DNA of 63,530 bases, filler included, from Octopus bimaculoides (Eukaryota): the NCBI RefSeq assembly GCF_001194135.2. It is 5 parts of 5 records of this genome, joined end to end, with 100 filler letters (N's around TTAATTAATTAA, not from the genome) between each part and the next. Parts side by side here need not be neighbours in the genome. Positions count along the whole stretch, not along the records: positions 18,314 to 39,536 come from NC_068985.1; positions 39,637 to 49,635 come from NC_068990.1; positions 49,736 to 58,448 come from NC_068986.1; 2 more parts are not named here. One strand, given 5' to 3'. The notes under the pieces were generated by a model. It was not told the DNA's origin, made no database searches, and saw only the letters and a program-made list of their open reading frames with translations. The number at the start of each line of letters is the position of its first letter. Within the stretch, counting starts at the first letter, position 1. The position numbers were made by a program, and so were the translations under genes. This document shows, piece by piece, positions 37,530 to 50,945 of this stretch.

Positions 37530-38288
37530 CTTACATATATTTATATTTATACATCAATGTACACACGCGCGCGCGCATTTTGTCTTCTTTTTGGAGACTT
37601 TGATCGTGTCTAATTTTCTAACTTGCCTGGTTGTCCTTTTCATCATATGATTTCTCCCATTCATTTCTCTTTACTACCCAACCCCTCTCTCTTTCACACA
37701 CACACACAGATACACAAGCACACACACACATACTCAAACATACACACACACGTACACACAAACATACACAAATACACATTGACACAAACTCACACGCGTG
37801 CTCACACAGTATGCATAAAACTCACACACACAAAAACATCACATCAAGGAAGGTGCAGCCTCCTGCCGTTGTATTAGTCTCTTTGTTCAAAACTCCGCTT
37901 AATTTCCCCAAGTTGTATCACTAATTTCGTACGTTTTTAACATAATTTCGATATTTACAACAGGATGAAACCTGTGAAAATGCAGCGAAGCAACAAACAT
38001 TCAAACTTTTAAACTCCAAACATCTCAGCAATCTCTCGTAACTCTGTATACACACACACACATACACACGTGTGTGTGAATATATATNNNNNNNNNNNNN
38101 NNNNNNNNNNNNNNNNNNNNNNNNNNNNNNNNNNNNNNNNNNNNNNNNNNNNNNNNNNNNNNNNNNNNNNNNNNNNNNNNNNNNNNNNNNNNNNNNNNNN
38201 NNNNNNNNNNNNNNNNNNNNNNNNNNNNNNNNNNNNNNNNNNNNNNNNNNNNNNNNNNNNNNNNNNNNNNNNNNNNNNNNNNNNNNNN

Positions 38289-38333
<45 letters not shown>

Positions 38334-38499
38334 GTGTGTGTGTGTTCCTATCTGTCGATACCCATCTCCACACACACGCGCGCGCGCGCACACACACACA
38401 CATACATATACACACACACACAAATACACACACACATATATACATATATACATATATACGTGCATACGTATGTATATATAGATATATGTATATGTGTAT

Positions 38500-38551
<52 letters not shown>

Positions 38552-38858
38552 ATATATATATGCATACATACATACACATATACATAAATATATGAGAAAA
38601 GGGACGAGAAAGTAGTAAGGGAAACCTAAATATTGTTCTTTCCTTTTCATTAGTAATCCTTTAGCAAGTGGATATTACTGTTGTTGTTGTTGTGTTTGTT
38701 GTTGTGTGGTTGTTATTGTTCCAGCTGTCGTGATTGTTGTTGTTATTGGTGTGATCGTCGTTTTTGTTGGGTTTTTTTTTTTTTTTTTTTTTTTTATGTA
38801 AACGCAAACCGCTAAACGGTTCCTGTTGACCAATCAAGAACACATTATACCATCATAG

Positions 38859-39040
38859 GAAATGAAGCGAAGTTCAAGGCAGCAGAAGTTGATGTCAGCG
38901 TCGTCGTCGACGACGGCAGCGGCAGTGGAAGCGGCGGCTGCAGTGACGGTGGCGGTGGTGATAAAATGGCGGCCGCCGCGTTGATGATGTTTGGGTTGTT
39001 GTGTTGGTGGCTCTACGTAGTATTGTCCTTCACGTATTAA
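38859..39040 (+). CDS. Candidate terminal coding exon with Gly/Ser linker and hydrophobic tail (GPI-signal-like): NEAKFKAAEVDVSVVVDDGSGSGSGGCSDGGGGDKMAAAALMMFGLLCWWLYVVLSFTY*
   Basis: ttataccatcatAG acceptor and an open frame to TAA at 39038-39040. Alternative reading is a promoter/5'UTR (CCAAT at about 38830, AAAATGGCGGC at 38963). Confidence 0.35.
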
Positions 39041-39536
39041 ATGTCTGCGTACATGCACCCGCGGACGTGTGTGCGTATATATATTTGCATTATTTTTTCA
39101 GATGGTGGGGGGTACTTGAAGCATTATATAGAAGGTTCCTGTTGTCTTTATTGTTGTTGCAGTTATTTAAGTGGTTGTTGTTGTTGTTGTTGTTGTTTTT
39201 CTTAAACAGTTCATTGGTGAATGAACTGCACGGTCGGTTGGTTAGGTTCGGTCGTGGTTGGTTTAGCATTAGTTGTTAAGAGAATCGTTATTGATTGGTT
39301 GTGAATGATGAACGCCAGACTGATGTAGAAAGCAGGTTCATTTAAGAAGTACTGTTGAGGAATATTGCACCAACTCATACGAACGTCATCTCCTATATTA
39401 TGTGCCTTTGTTTGCCATCTTGTAAAACTTTGAATATTTGAACATTGGCTTTCGAAAGATAATGTGTGTGTGTGTGAGGTGTGTGTGTATGTGTGTATAT
39501 ATATATACGTATAAGTATATATATATATATATATAT

Positions 39537-39636
39537 NNNNNNNNNNNNNNNNNNNNNNNNNNNNNNNNNNNNNNNNNNNNTTAATTAATTAANNNNNNNN
39601 NNNNNNNNNNNNNNNNNNNNNNNNNNNNNNNNNNNN
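39537..39636. other. Scaffold-join marker
   Basis: 44 N + TTAATTAATTAA + 44 N. Confidence 0.95.
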
Positions 39637-39687
<51 letters not shown>

Positions 39688-39760
39688 TGTATATTATTCA
39701 ATAAGCACAGTATATATTTTTATGAGCTACTAATAGTTTATGCGATGAATACAACTCAGC

Positions 39761-39832
39761 ATTTTATAACACATCTGGTGGTTTCATGCAATTCTCAGAC
39801 TCTACATGAAAGCACCAGATGTGTTATAAAAT
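39761..39832. repeat. 72-nt hairpin, 28-bp stem with one mismatch
   Basis: ATTTTATAACACATCTGGTGGTTTCATG / 16-nt loop / CATGAAAGCACCAGATGTGTTATAAAAT, followed by a piggyBac-type end AATGCTAAAGGGTTAA. Confidence 0.85.
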
Positions 39833-40009
39833 AGTGTTTGATTTAAATGCTAAAGGGTTAACGGTATCTCTGCCCTTTTCTCCTGACTCACAAATTTTGT
39901 CAATTGGCTTCTTGACATATTTAAGAATATTAAAGAAATGAACCTTTATATCATCACACCTTGTCTGTTATCACATATTACAAATCACAAATCTAAAGAT
40001 ACTACATAT

Positions 40010-40212
40010 TGGTCTCAACTTTTGGCTCAAGGCCAGCATTTCAGGGGATGGGGTAAGTCAAGTTCATCAACCTCAGTCTGCAACTGGTACTTATTTTATT
40101 GACCCCAAAAGTTTGAAAGCTAAAATCAACCTTGGTGAAATGTGAACTCAGAATGTGAAGGCAGACAAAAGTTTTCCCAGTGTGTTAATAATTCTGCAAG
40201 CTCACCACCTTA
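40010..40212 (-). mobile_element. SINE family A, CpG-decayed
   Basis: Family A body with TpG/CpA in place of CpG. Confidence 0.75.
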
Positions 40213-41768
40213 AGTTATAACATAATATTACTTATCAAATTCTTTTACAAATCTCATATCATTACCTATTACCTATTATTGTATATTATACATTACTTTA
40301 TATCTTTACATATTATGTAGTATTCCATACTCTGGGGCTACCTCCTGTTTTGTGAGCTCATAAATCTGCACTTGGAAAGCCCCTTTCTCCCTGACATGCA
40401 AACCTGAGTAAAACATTATTATGGAAGGCCATCAGTTAACCATGTATGCAAGTCTCTCTTCTTCATACCAGTGATGCTGTCCAAAGGAAAATCAAGAGCT
40501 GATACAATTTGAGATCAGTGATGCTGTAAGCATTGCTGTCAGACGGTAAAAAGTTAGAACACTCAGAGTATCTTCATCCAATGCTCTACTAATTATAACA
40601 ATCTATTAACCTGGACTGACACATTATTTATTGACAAAGATAAATGTGGCAGAATCTGAAGAGTGCTGAAAGCTGACATAAATATCGCAAGGCATTGTAT
40701 CTGATGCTCCACTGATTCTATGAATTCAGTGACTACTTAACATTACATATTACATATCACTAGCCAAATATCTGTCATAATGACAAAAAAATTTTATGTG
40801 AACAAGAATTCTTCTTGTTTCATAGCTTAATTGAATATTCAAATGACTTCAATCATACTAATGGAACTTCAATTATTTATTTTTTTCATATATATGTACA
40901 GTTTCATGTGTGTTTATGTACCTTTGAATATTTATACTTATCTGCATCTATATATGTATATATATGCAAGTATAGGTGTAATGCACTAGTTAAAACTGTG
41001 AGATAAACTTACAGAGTATCGCTTTCTTTAGTCTATCATACCTCTTTTAAACTTGTTTCATGTCTCCCTTTTGTCTTTTGTCTATTCTCTCGCATTGTTT
41101 TTTTCTCTTTCTTACTCCTTTTTTTTTCATCTCTCTGTAACACCTCCATCTCTAAAGCACATAAGACATTCACTTTCTTTGTTTTGTTCTGTTTAACTCA
41201 GTAGAGCCTTGGATATAGACAAATGTCTTCAGACAAAGATAAAAATATTCTTATCTATAATGATTCATGAAATTAAAATTTTTAGCTAATTAATTTAGGG
41301 TTCTATGTAGAAAGAAAAAATATTTTTTATTTCAACAGTTGTTGAAAAAGATAATATGCTTATATCTTTTTCAAACAACTGATGCAATATTCTATGTTTA
41401 TTCAGTATCATTTTCTGTTATACATGTAGAATGTCTGGTATTTCAAAAAGTATTTTGGGGAAAGCTAGTGAACTGACAAAACTAACGAAAAAGAAAAAAC
41501 AAAAGAAACTGAAGAATATGGGATAAAAGGAATTTTAACAATGATATTACAGTGATTTTTGTCAAATCAATTAAAATAGGTTTCTTGTTCCCAAGAATTA
41601 AGATCTGTGTTACATGAAACTTGTTTGCTACGAAGAAAGAAAAATTATGATATTCCAAGTATTGCGATAAACAGCAATGAATGAAATCTATTCTGTATCG
41701 GTTGGTGATATAACATATACACAAGTTTATGATTATTGTGTTCAGCATGTATTATATTTTACTCGTTA

Positions 41769-41821
<53 letters not shown>

Positions 41822-43001
41822 NNNNNNNNNNNNNNNNNNNNNNNNNNNNNNNNNNNNNNNNNNNNNNNNNNNNNNNNNNNNNNNNNNNNNNNNNNNNNNN
41901 NNNNNNNNNNNNNNNNNNNNNNNNNNNNNNNNNNNNNNNNNNNNNNNNNNNNNNNNNNNNNNNNNNNNNNNNNNNNNNNNNNNNNNNNNNNNNNNNNNNN
42001 NNNNNNNNNNNNNNNNNNNNNNNNNNNNNNNNNNNNNNNNNNNNNNNNNNNNNNNNNNNNNNNNNNNNNNNNNNNNNNNNNNNNNNNNNNNNNNNNNNNN
42101 NNNNNNNNNNNNNNNNNNNNNNNNNNNNNNNNNNNNNNNNNNNNNNNNNNNNNNNNNNNNNNNNNNNNNNNNNNNNNNNNNNNNNNNNNNNNNNNNNNNN
42201 NNNNNNNNNNNNNNNNNNNNNNNNNNNNNNNNNNNNNNNNNNNNNNNNNNNNNNNNNNNNNNNNNNNNNNNNNNNNNNNNNNNNNNNNNNNNNNNNNNNN
42301 NNNNNNNNNNNNNNNNNNNNNNNNNNNNNNNNNNNNNNNNNNNNNNNNNNNNNNNNNNNNNNNNNNNNNNNNNNNNNNNNNNNNNNNNNNNNNNNNNNNN
42401 NNNNNNNNNNNNNNNNNNNNGTACTGACTGCAAGCCTTTTCTTAGTAATAATATTCAAACACTAATCTGCTTCTTTTCAAGCTTGTTCAGCCTTTCTCTC
42501 TCTTGCTCTCTTACTGTTACTGCAATTGCCTTTCTCCTCAAGTTACAATCTGTAAACAAAACTCATTTAAAGTAACTTCTATTTCTCTTCTTAACACTAT
42601 TGCTATATCTCCCTTGTCAAATAATTGAAGAAATCTAAGATGTAGAGCATCCCCATTGTCCCAATTTTCTATTATAATAGCTAAACAATTGAACATTAAC
42701 AGGATTAACATCATCCTTATTTATTAGGAAAGCTATGAGACCATCTGCCTCACATCTACAGAAAATAAAAGGGGCGAATTCCTTCATTAACACACTGACA
42801 TAGATACTCCATTGCCAACTCTTCAGTAAAGAAGCTCTTGTATTGACTTGTTCTTAATAATATTTGAGAGAAAAGCTGCAATGTACCTGACTGCCAGATC
42901 AAATCATTCCATCAGTTCAGCAGTTTTTACCCGACTGCTGATATTCACTAACACTAATATATATTTTATCAACCCACATTCATACATGTGTGTGTGTGTG
43001 T

Positions 43002-43066
<65 letters not shown>

Positions 43067-44009
43067 TATCAAACATATCAATATTTGTTGTGGAGTATCT
43101 TTAGTTTTCAATTAAGTCTATCTACTTTGACTGATGATTTCACTTTGAATGGAATGGTAAATTTTAAACTTTATTGCAAACTAATTTTTACAAAAATATA
43201 ATGAAACAAACATTTGATAAACCGTATAAATATGCTATTGGTTTCTAGGTACTGTTGTCTTTTCATGATCACAAATTATTTTCCTTCTTTGGTTTCATTA
43301 CCAAAAATATTGCTGCTTATGATAACATTCCTTTTGTGCTTTTATTTATGCTACATTTATTACTTTTTTTATTCAAAATATTGCTGCTGAATTTAATGAC
43401 TTGTGTACAAAATGTTGCATCATCATTTAGGAGGTGAAGTTTAAAGTGATTTATGAAATGTATTTTCCTTCATATCACACTTATCTCTATGACATTACTT
43501 TGGTCAAACAACATTTTCCTGAGAAACTTAGATGACATCTCTCTCACATGACTATTAACAAGTGTATTCCTAATCTCAGGGGATGTAGACAAATTTATGT
43601 GGCAGGAGCTCTTAATAAAAGAATAGATCTCATGTGTGTGACAACATTTTATGCCAAATTTGCATGTGGAATCCTGTTTAATTTATTTTGTAATAAAGTC
43701 TTCTTTTCAAAACATCTTTGAATATTGAAACAATATTCCATTAATGAAACAGAAAGATACACATTAGGACAGCCAAAAAAAGTCACTTGCTTCAAAAGAA
43801 GTATACAATACAAAATAGGCATAAGATAGTATTTGCAAGAAAAATAAGCATTAATATACTATTGTTTCACTTTCAAAACATTTAAAATGTTATTTCTATT
43901 TTTTGAAGATGAAGATATAATTATAAATACAAAGAAAGTATATTTATCAACTTAGATTTATGTATGTGGCCAACATTTAAACTGTTAACATTGAGTAAAG
44001 GATACTTAC

Positions 44010-44115
44010 ACTTGTTTTCCCTTCTTCCTGTGCTCTTTTTTATTCTCTCATGCTGTCTTTTTCTTTAACTTTCTCACATTTTTTGTATCTTTCTCTATCA
44101 CCCAGCCTTTACTAT
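44010..44115 (-). ncRNA. Candidate non-coding (lncRNA or UTR) exon
   Basis: Very strong acceptor cttttctttctaaatttccttctccttcacctcAG and donor AGT|GTAAGT. 106 nt, purine-rich, stops in all three frames. Confidence 0.45.
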
Positions 44116-46091
44116 CTGAGGTGAAGGAGAAGGAAATTTAGAAAGAAAAGTATGTGACAGACATTGTCTTTCTTATTCAATAATCAAGAGAGAAAAAGTA
44201 ATGGATATGTAAGATGTAATAAGACTACCTGAAAGTTTTCTAAATCGTTATTAGTAATCTGACAATTCATTATGAGTTTATTGGACTCTTTCATTTTAAA
44301 TATATCTGTTGAGATCTGTATCATTGGGTATCTGTGTATATGAGTCTTGAGGGTTAATCTATTGATAGATGCATACTAATCTATATATATATGGCTACAT
44401 AAGTCTCGAGTATCTGTTGGCATGTATATAAGCATGTGGTTGTGTTTCTGTGTTTAACCTGTGTACGAGGTATATAACTCAGCTTATGTGTGTATATACT
44501 TGTATATCTGTGTGCGAAGTGTAATCTGCTGATCTCTAATTCTATCTTTCTTCCTTTTCTCTTCCTAATTGATTTTCTTTATCACCCTCTAAATTTTCCC
44601 TGAAAGATATAACACCCCCCACCTTCCACTGCTGCAGTCTTTTATTATCCTCATCTCTTTCTCTTCCTTTGCCTCTGTGGTTGCATATTATAAACCTTTT
44701 TCAATTTGCTTCCAGCCAGTGGGTCACACACATACAAATTTATACAAATATCACGTTAAATAACAATAGATATTGTATGTTATTACTTAAACATAAATCA
44801 TTACACAATATTGCATATATTACATATTACACAACAACCCATAGTAATATTCTTACTTATTGCTTATTTTCATACCAAATTATATAACACATTGTGCTAC
44901 ATATGATTACATGTCATCATATAATATTTACATATTACTATGTATTAAACTTAGTGTGTATATTATCACAGATGTTTGCATATGACTACATATTGTTACT
45001 TATGTGTGGTTCCATATTACATGTTATGACAAGATTACATTTTATAGCATATTATTCCATTTATGTACGATTATGTCTTGTATATGATTACATATAACAT
45101 ATTGCATGGCATTTTGTATTGTTACATATTATTATATATTATTTGCGTGTTATATAAATGATATTTTCACATATTTAAGAAGTAGGAACCCTAGTAGTTA
45201 CTGGCCTATTTTCCCTTTCATAATCTCCATAGAAACACTCTTGAAAACTTAGAAATATAAATAAATTTATTATGATATATTTATCCAGTTTTATACTTTC
45301 TGTGTAGGTGTATTATTAAGCAGATAATTTGCCAGAAGACATAAAATGAATAGCAAAAGTATTGAGCGTGTTTGTATCATGCTTTTGTATTTGTAGTTTT
45401 GATTCAAACTGGCACATAAATATTTTTTTAATTTTCACTCAGTCCTGTATATAATGAGAATATTTACAAGTTTTATTGCAACATTTATTAATTAGGCTAA
45501 CTTATTCGTATTTGAAGTTGTATCGTTTTATGTGGTAATCAAAATCTTTTTGATATTTAAATACATAAGGTTCTGATGTTCAATCAAAAACGTTAATTTT
45601 TAAACCAAAACACTTAAACAATGTGTTAAATTTAGATCAGCAGTATTATTAGTGATATATGTATATAAAAAAAAATAATATTGCCTTTATGCTATCTGTT
45701 TGTATAAATATCTATATTTTATTGTTTTTTAAAATTGTCTAGGCATGGAGAGAACTTACAATATGGATTCATTTATATCTGATTGGAACTTTTTACGATC
45801 ATGTGAGTCAACTTGTCTTTTATTGTATTGATAAATATATTGTCACAATTTCAGCATGCATGTATATGCCCCCACCTGATCATCATTGTCTGCCTCCTCC
45901 TTGTCATCATTGTCATCATCATCATCATCATTGTCAACTGTCTACTGCTCTGTCCATTCTTCTACTGCCTTTCTCTTTAGTGACATATTGTGGCTGGTGT
46001 TTAGAGGAAAAACTAAGTCTTAAAACTTAGTAAGACTTTTTCATAGATACATAAATTTTGCTTTGTTACACTTTTGATTCTGTCATGTAAT

Positions 46092-46250
46092 TCAGGTATG
46101 GCTATATGGTAGGAAGTTTGCTTCCCAACCCCATAGTTTTGGGTTCAGTCCAACTGTATGGCGCCTTATGCAAGTGCTGTTTTACAATAGTCCCAAGCAT
46201 ACCCAAAACTTGTCAGTGGGTTTGACGTATGGAAACTGAAAAAAGCCCAT
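46092..46250 (+). mobile_element. SINE family B, 5' part, decayed
   Basis: ggtatggctatatggtaggaagtttgcttcccaacc...gggttcagtcc...ggaaactgaaaaaagccc. Confidence 0.7.
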
Positions 46251-46857
46251 CATGTTTGTGTGTAGAAATCTGGCTGCAGAAAATCTACCTTTTTGAATTC
46301 TGTCCGACTCATATGAACATGGAAAAGTGGATGTTAAAACAATTATGATGATGAGGATGATAATATCAAATTTATGCATTAAAAATTGATTATTGTATTG
46401 TATAACATATGCTCCTGGAGACTGTATATCTCAGATAATTTTTCCTCTTGATGTAGGCTAATGATCCATTCACAATTTGCAAAACATAAAACAACTGGAT
46501 GTATTTACAATACTAGTTTAAGATAAAGAAAATATTAATAGCAGGGCAGACTTGTTTTACTTATGTAAGCTTATCTAACCCAACAATAAGTGTACGTCAG
46601 TGAGCGTGAGTAGGCAAGTAAGTGAACAGATGAAAGACCATAGTGTTCAACATAACACTCAACACATTTAACTTGAGTTACATGCATTTGATAAGAGCTT
46701 GACTCATTTACTAATGACTTAAAGTTTCATAGGTGTAAATATGCATGTACAGCCTTAGATGTATGGAGTCAAAACAAAGAGAATTAAAAGATAAACTCTC
46801 AGTGAGAATATCAGAGCCTACAGTGATCAGGTAGGTCAGGTCAGGTCACCACCTATC

Positions 46858-47056
46858 TTGTTTCAGTCACTAGACTACAACCATGCTACAGCACCATCCT
46901 GGTCAAACAAATCAACCCCAGTACTTATTTCTTTTAAACCTGGTATTTAACCTATCAGTCTCTCTTGTCAAACTGCTATAGGTTTTGTGGACATAAACAA
47001 ACCAACACTGGTTGTCAAGCAATGGTAGGGGACAAATGCAAAAACAAAGACACATA

Positions 47057-47106
<50 letters not shown>

Positions 47107-47145
47107 TCTTTCAGTTTCCTTCTACCAAATCCACTNNNNNNNNNN

Positions 47146-47181
<36 letters not shown>

Positions 47182-47338
47182 TCTTTCAGTTTCCTTCTAC
47201 CAAATCCACTCACAAGGCTTTGGTCAGCCTGGAGCTATAGTAGAATATACTTGTCAAAGGGGCCATGCAGTGGGATAGAACATGAAACCATGTGGTTGAG
47301 AAGCAAACCTCTTACTACACTGTCATGTCTGCGCCTAT
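46858..47338 (-). mobile_element. Full-length SINE family B with internal (TA)n and an N gap
   Basis: Collinear with 24630-25025. Confidence 0.8.
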
Positions 47339-47639
47339 GTGAATAATTTGATGAAAACAATGACACCAGATAACTTGCTATATATGTTTCCATGTTTGTC
47401 AGATAGTCAGTTAGGGTTTGAGATTTGTGTGATATCATGTATGAACACATCATACGTTACTGTAAATGTATTTATGTATATTTGTGTCTGTGTATGTATA
47501 CATGTATGTTTTTTGTGTTTATGTGTGAATTTATATATATGTGCTTGTGGGTAATTTATATTTATATCTATCTAAGAGTATTGTTTGTGTGCTTCCATAT
47601 GCATGCAACTATGTATTTAAATGCTTTCCTTAATAATGG

Positions 47640-47785
47640 TTTCAAGTTTTGGCTCAAGGCCAGTAATTTCGGGGGAGGGAGGTAAGCTGATTAGTAGAAT
47701 TTGAACTCGGAATGTGAAAATGAACAAAATACTGCTAAACATTTCACCCGGCATGCTAATGATTTTGCCTACTTGCCACCTTAAA
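47640..47785 (-). mobile_element. SINE family A, internally deleted
   Basis: gaatttgaactcggaatgtgaa...acatttcacccggcatgctaatgattttgcc. Confidence 0.7.
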
Positions 47786-48005
47786 TGCTTTCCTTAATAA
47801 TGAAACACTTCATGTTTAAGCTCTGAAGAAGCTATAAGTGTCAAACTAGCGCTGAATTCTGGGTGCCCAGATTTATGTTGCTAAAACAGACGCAAGCTAA
47901 TGAAATTGATTACATAATTCCTGTTCTTTTGTCAATCATTTATTAATATATGTTTATTGTAGGTGTTCATGTTTATGCATCTTAAATTTATGCTTATATG
48001 TGTGT

Positions 48006-48080
<75 letters not shown>

Positions 48081-49154
48081 CACTTATTGCACTTGGTATA
48101 ACACTAGTGTAACAATAATTGGGTACCCTCCCAGCAGTATATTGGATAGATATTATCCCTTAGTGGGTTGGATCCTCAACCCCTAACTCTCTTGGATTAT
48201 ATATATATATATATATATATATATGATATATATATAATATATATATATGTATATCTGAATTTATTTATCTACTGACCTCATTGAACCTAAGCCTCATATC
48301 TAATATTGTTCCGTTATGTAGCTGCATGTGCTTGATAGATATATAGAAATGTTTTTATAGATTCTATTCGTGTCAGCAATGTTTTCTAGTATCTTATGAC
48401 TCTCAATCTCTCTCTTTTTCTCTGTTTCTCCCTCTCTCTCTCTCTCTCTCTCTTTCACACACACAGACACACACACACACACACTCATATACCTGGAATA
48501 AAGCTGGAGCACTTATATTTAAACACTTTCCAAATGATATGGCTGACATATAATTGCAACCTCGTATTATTACTCATATTATGTGATTAAGATAACAATT
48601 ACATTATATGACTATTACTGATTATTGATAATTGTATTTTATAACTTGCAGTTATTAATAATTACCTGGTTGAATATAGTAATTATTGTTAGTGAAACAG
48701 CTGTAGAAGTTTTTTTGATGAAGTCTAACCATTTAGCATTCAGGTTACTCTGCCAAATATAATGCTTATTTATTCAAACTGTTTTGAATTAATCATGCAT
48801 TATCTCATAGCTTTGAAATTTCAATGATGTGTTTATTTTTAAAATGGCATTGTATGGTAGGTGTGACAGGCTGGAACTGGTCACTTTGCACATAAATTAG
48901 TTAAAATATTTGGGCCAAATGTGGCCAGTTTAAATACTAAAAGTTTAAAAGTATCAATAATATTGTTTTTCTCCCGACATTACATATGCTTCTACTATAG
49001 TTTTGGAGTTTAATGCTATATTAAAAACTGTTTTTCTAAAAGCTGTCTTTTTCATTCATAAGCAGTTTTAGCTATGTTGAAATATATCTTACAAAGAAAC
49101 ACAAACACACATGTATACATATGTCCATGCAATACATTATATATGTTATATATA

Positions 49155-49635
49155 CAGAAGTTGGACAAAATAATGGAAACACCTTAAAATTTCAAACAAA
49201 TTTATTTTAATATGGAGTAGGACCACCTTTGGCAGTAATTACAGCTTGAATTCTATGAGGTATAGACTCGTACAAAGTTTGAATTGTTTCCAGAGGAACT
49301 TTTGTCCATTCTTCAGCTAAAACAGTCTTCAGTTCTTGTAGTGATGATGGTGGAGGATATCGACTCCTCACTTGTTTTTCTAAAATGCACCATAAGTGTT
49401 CAATAATATCGAGATCTGGAGACTGTGGTGGCTAGATAAGATGTTCAACTTCACTAGCATGTTCCTCGTACCATTCAGTAACAACTTTAGCTTTGTGAAT
49501 TGGTGCATTATCATCCTGAAAGATTGTGTTTCCCTCTGGAAACAGTTCTGCAACCACAGGATGAATTTGATCAGATAAAATGCTTAAATAGTCTTGACTA
49601 TTAATTCTGCCATGAAAGGAAACTACTGGGCTGGC
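49155..49635 (-). mobile_element. Tc1-like transposon 3' half with DD36E spacing, truncated by the scaffold join
   Basis: Hand translation: ...FPEGNTIFQDDNAPIHKAKVVTEWYEEHASEVEHLI*PPQSPDLDIIEHLW...AKGGPTPY* (stop at 49207-49209). Terminus TA|CAGAAGTTGGACAAAATAATGGAAACACC. Confidence 0.9.
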
Positions 49636-49735
49636 NNNNNNNNNNNNNNNNNNNNNNNNNNNNNNNNNNNNNNNNNNNNTTAATTAATTAANNNNNNNNN
49701 NNNNNNNNNNNNNNNNNNNNNNNNNNNNNNNNNNN
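49636..49735. other. Scaffold-join marker
   Basis: 44 N + TTAATTAATTAA + 44 N. Confidence 0.95.
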
Positions 49736-50117
49736 ATACATACATGCATACACACATACACACATACATACATGCATACACACATACATACATACATACA
49801 TACATGCATACACACATACACACATACATACATACATACATACATACACACATACACACATACATACATACATACATACACGCATACATACATACATGCA
49901 TACACACATACATACATGCATACACACATACACACATGCATACACACATACATACATACATACATACATACATGCATACACACATACACACATGCATACA
50001 CACATACATACATACATACATGCATACACACATACATACATACATACATACATGCATACATGCATACACACATACATACATACAGACATACATGCATACA
50101 CACATACATACATACAT
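49736..50117. repeat. Compound (CATA)n/(CACA)/(TGCA) microsatellite
   Basis: Directly visible; source of the MYVC and HTYI ORFs. Confidence 0.95.
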
Positions 50118-50139
50118 ATTCTTTTATTTTTTTTTATTT

Positions 50140-50520
50140 GTTTCAGTCAGTTGACTGCGGCCATGTTGGAGCACCGCCTTTATTCGAACAAATCGTTCTC
50201 AGGACTTATTCTTTGTAAGCCTAGAACTTATTCTATCGTTTTTGCCGAGCTGTTAAGCTACGGGGACGTAAACCTTTCAACATCGGTTGTCAAACGATGG
50301 TGGGGAACAAGCATAGCAGACACACGCACACACACACACAAACACACACACACACGACGAGCTTCTTTCAGTTTCAGTCTACAAGATCCACTCACAAGGC
50401 TTTGGTCGGCCCAGGATATAGTAGAAGACACTTGGCCGAGGTATCACACAGTGGAAATGAACCCGGTGCTATGTCGCTTGTAAGCAAGTTACTTACCCCA
50501 CATCTACTCCAGCTCCTATA
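50140..50520 (-). mobile_element. Full-length SINE family B
   Basis: Collinear with 24630-25025, internal (CA)n. Confidence 0.85.
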
Positions 50521-50528
50521 TATATAAT

Positions 50529-50570
<42 letters not shown>

Positions 50571-50574
50571 CGTT

Positions 50575-50945
50575 TTACTTTTTCAATCATCATACCGCGG
50601 CCACGCTATGGCATCGCCTTGAAGAATTTCAGTTTTGTGAATCGACCACACAACTTTTAAAAGACTGATACTGTATTCCAGCAGGTCCTGTGGCCGAACC
50701 GCTACATCACGGTGGCGTAAATATACCAACACTGGTTGTGAAGCGCTGGTGGGGAACAAACGCAGACACGCACACACACGCACACACACGCACACACAAA
50801 CACGCATGTATACATATACAAAGCGGGGTTCTTCCAGTTTCCGTCTATCAAATCTACTCACAGTAATGTCGTTGGCCCAAAGTTATAGTTGAAGACACTT
50901 TTCGAAGTTGACACGCGGTGGAACTGAACCCAGAACCATAATTTT
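50575..50945 (-). mobile_element. SINE family B, second tandem copy
   Basis: Same architecture, more diverged. Confidence 0.75.

Noticed and set aside
39207-39228. 9-bp perfect hairpin (also an 8-bp hairpin near 21444-21463)
   Set aside because: Short stems of this size arise by chance in 63 kb of AT-rich DNA.
48490-48700. Two tiny minus-strand exon candidates with CCAG|GTA donors
   Set aside because: Acceptors are weak and there is no protein similarity; too speculative without reads.
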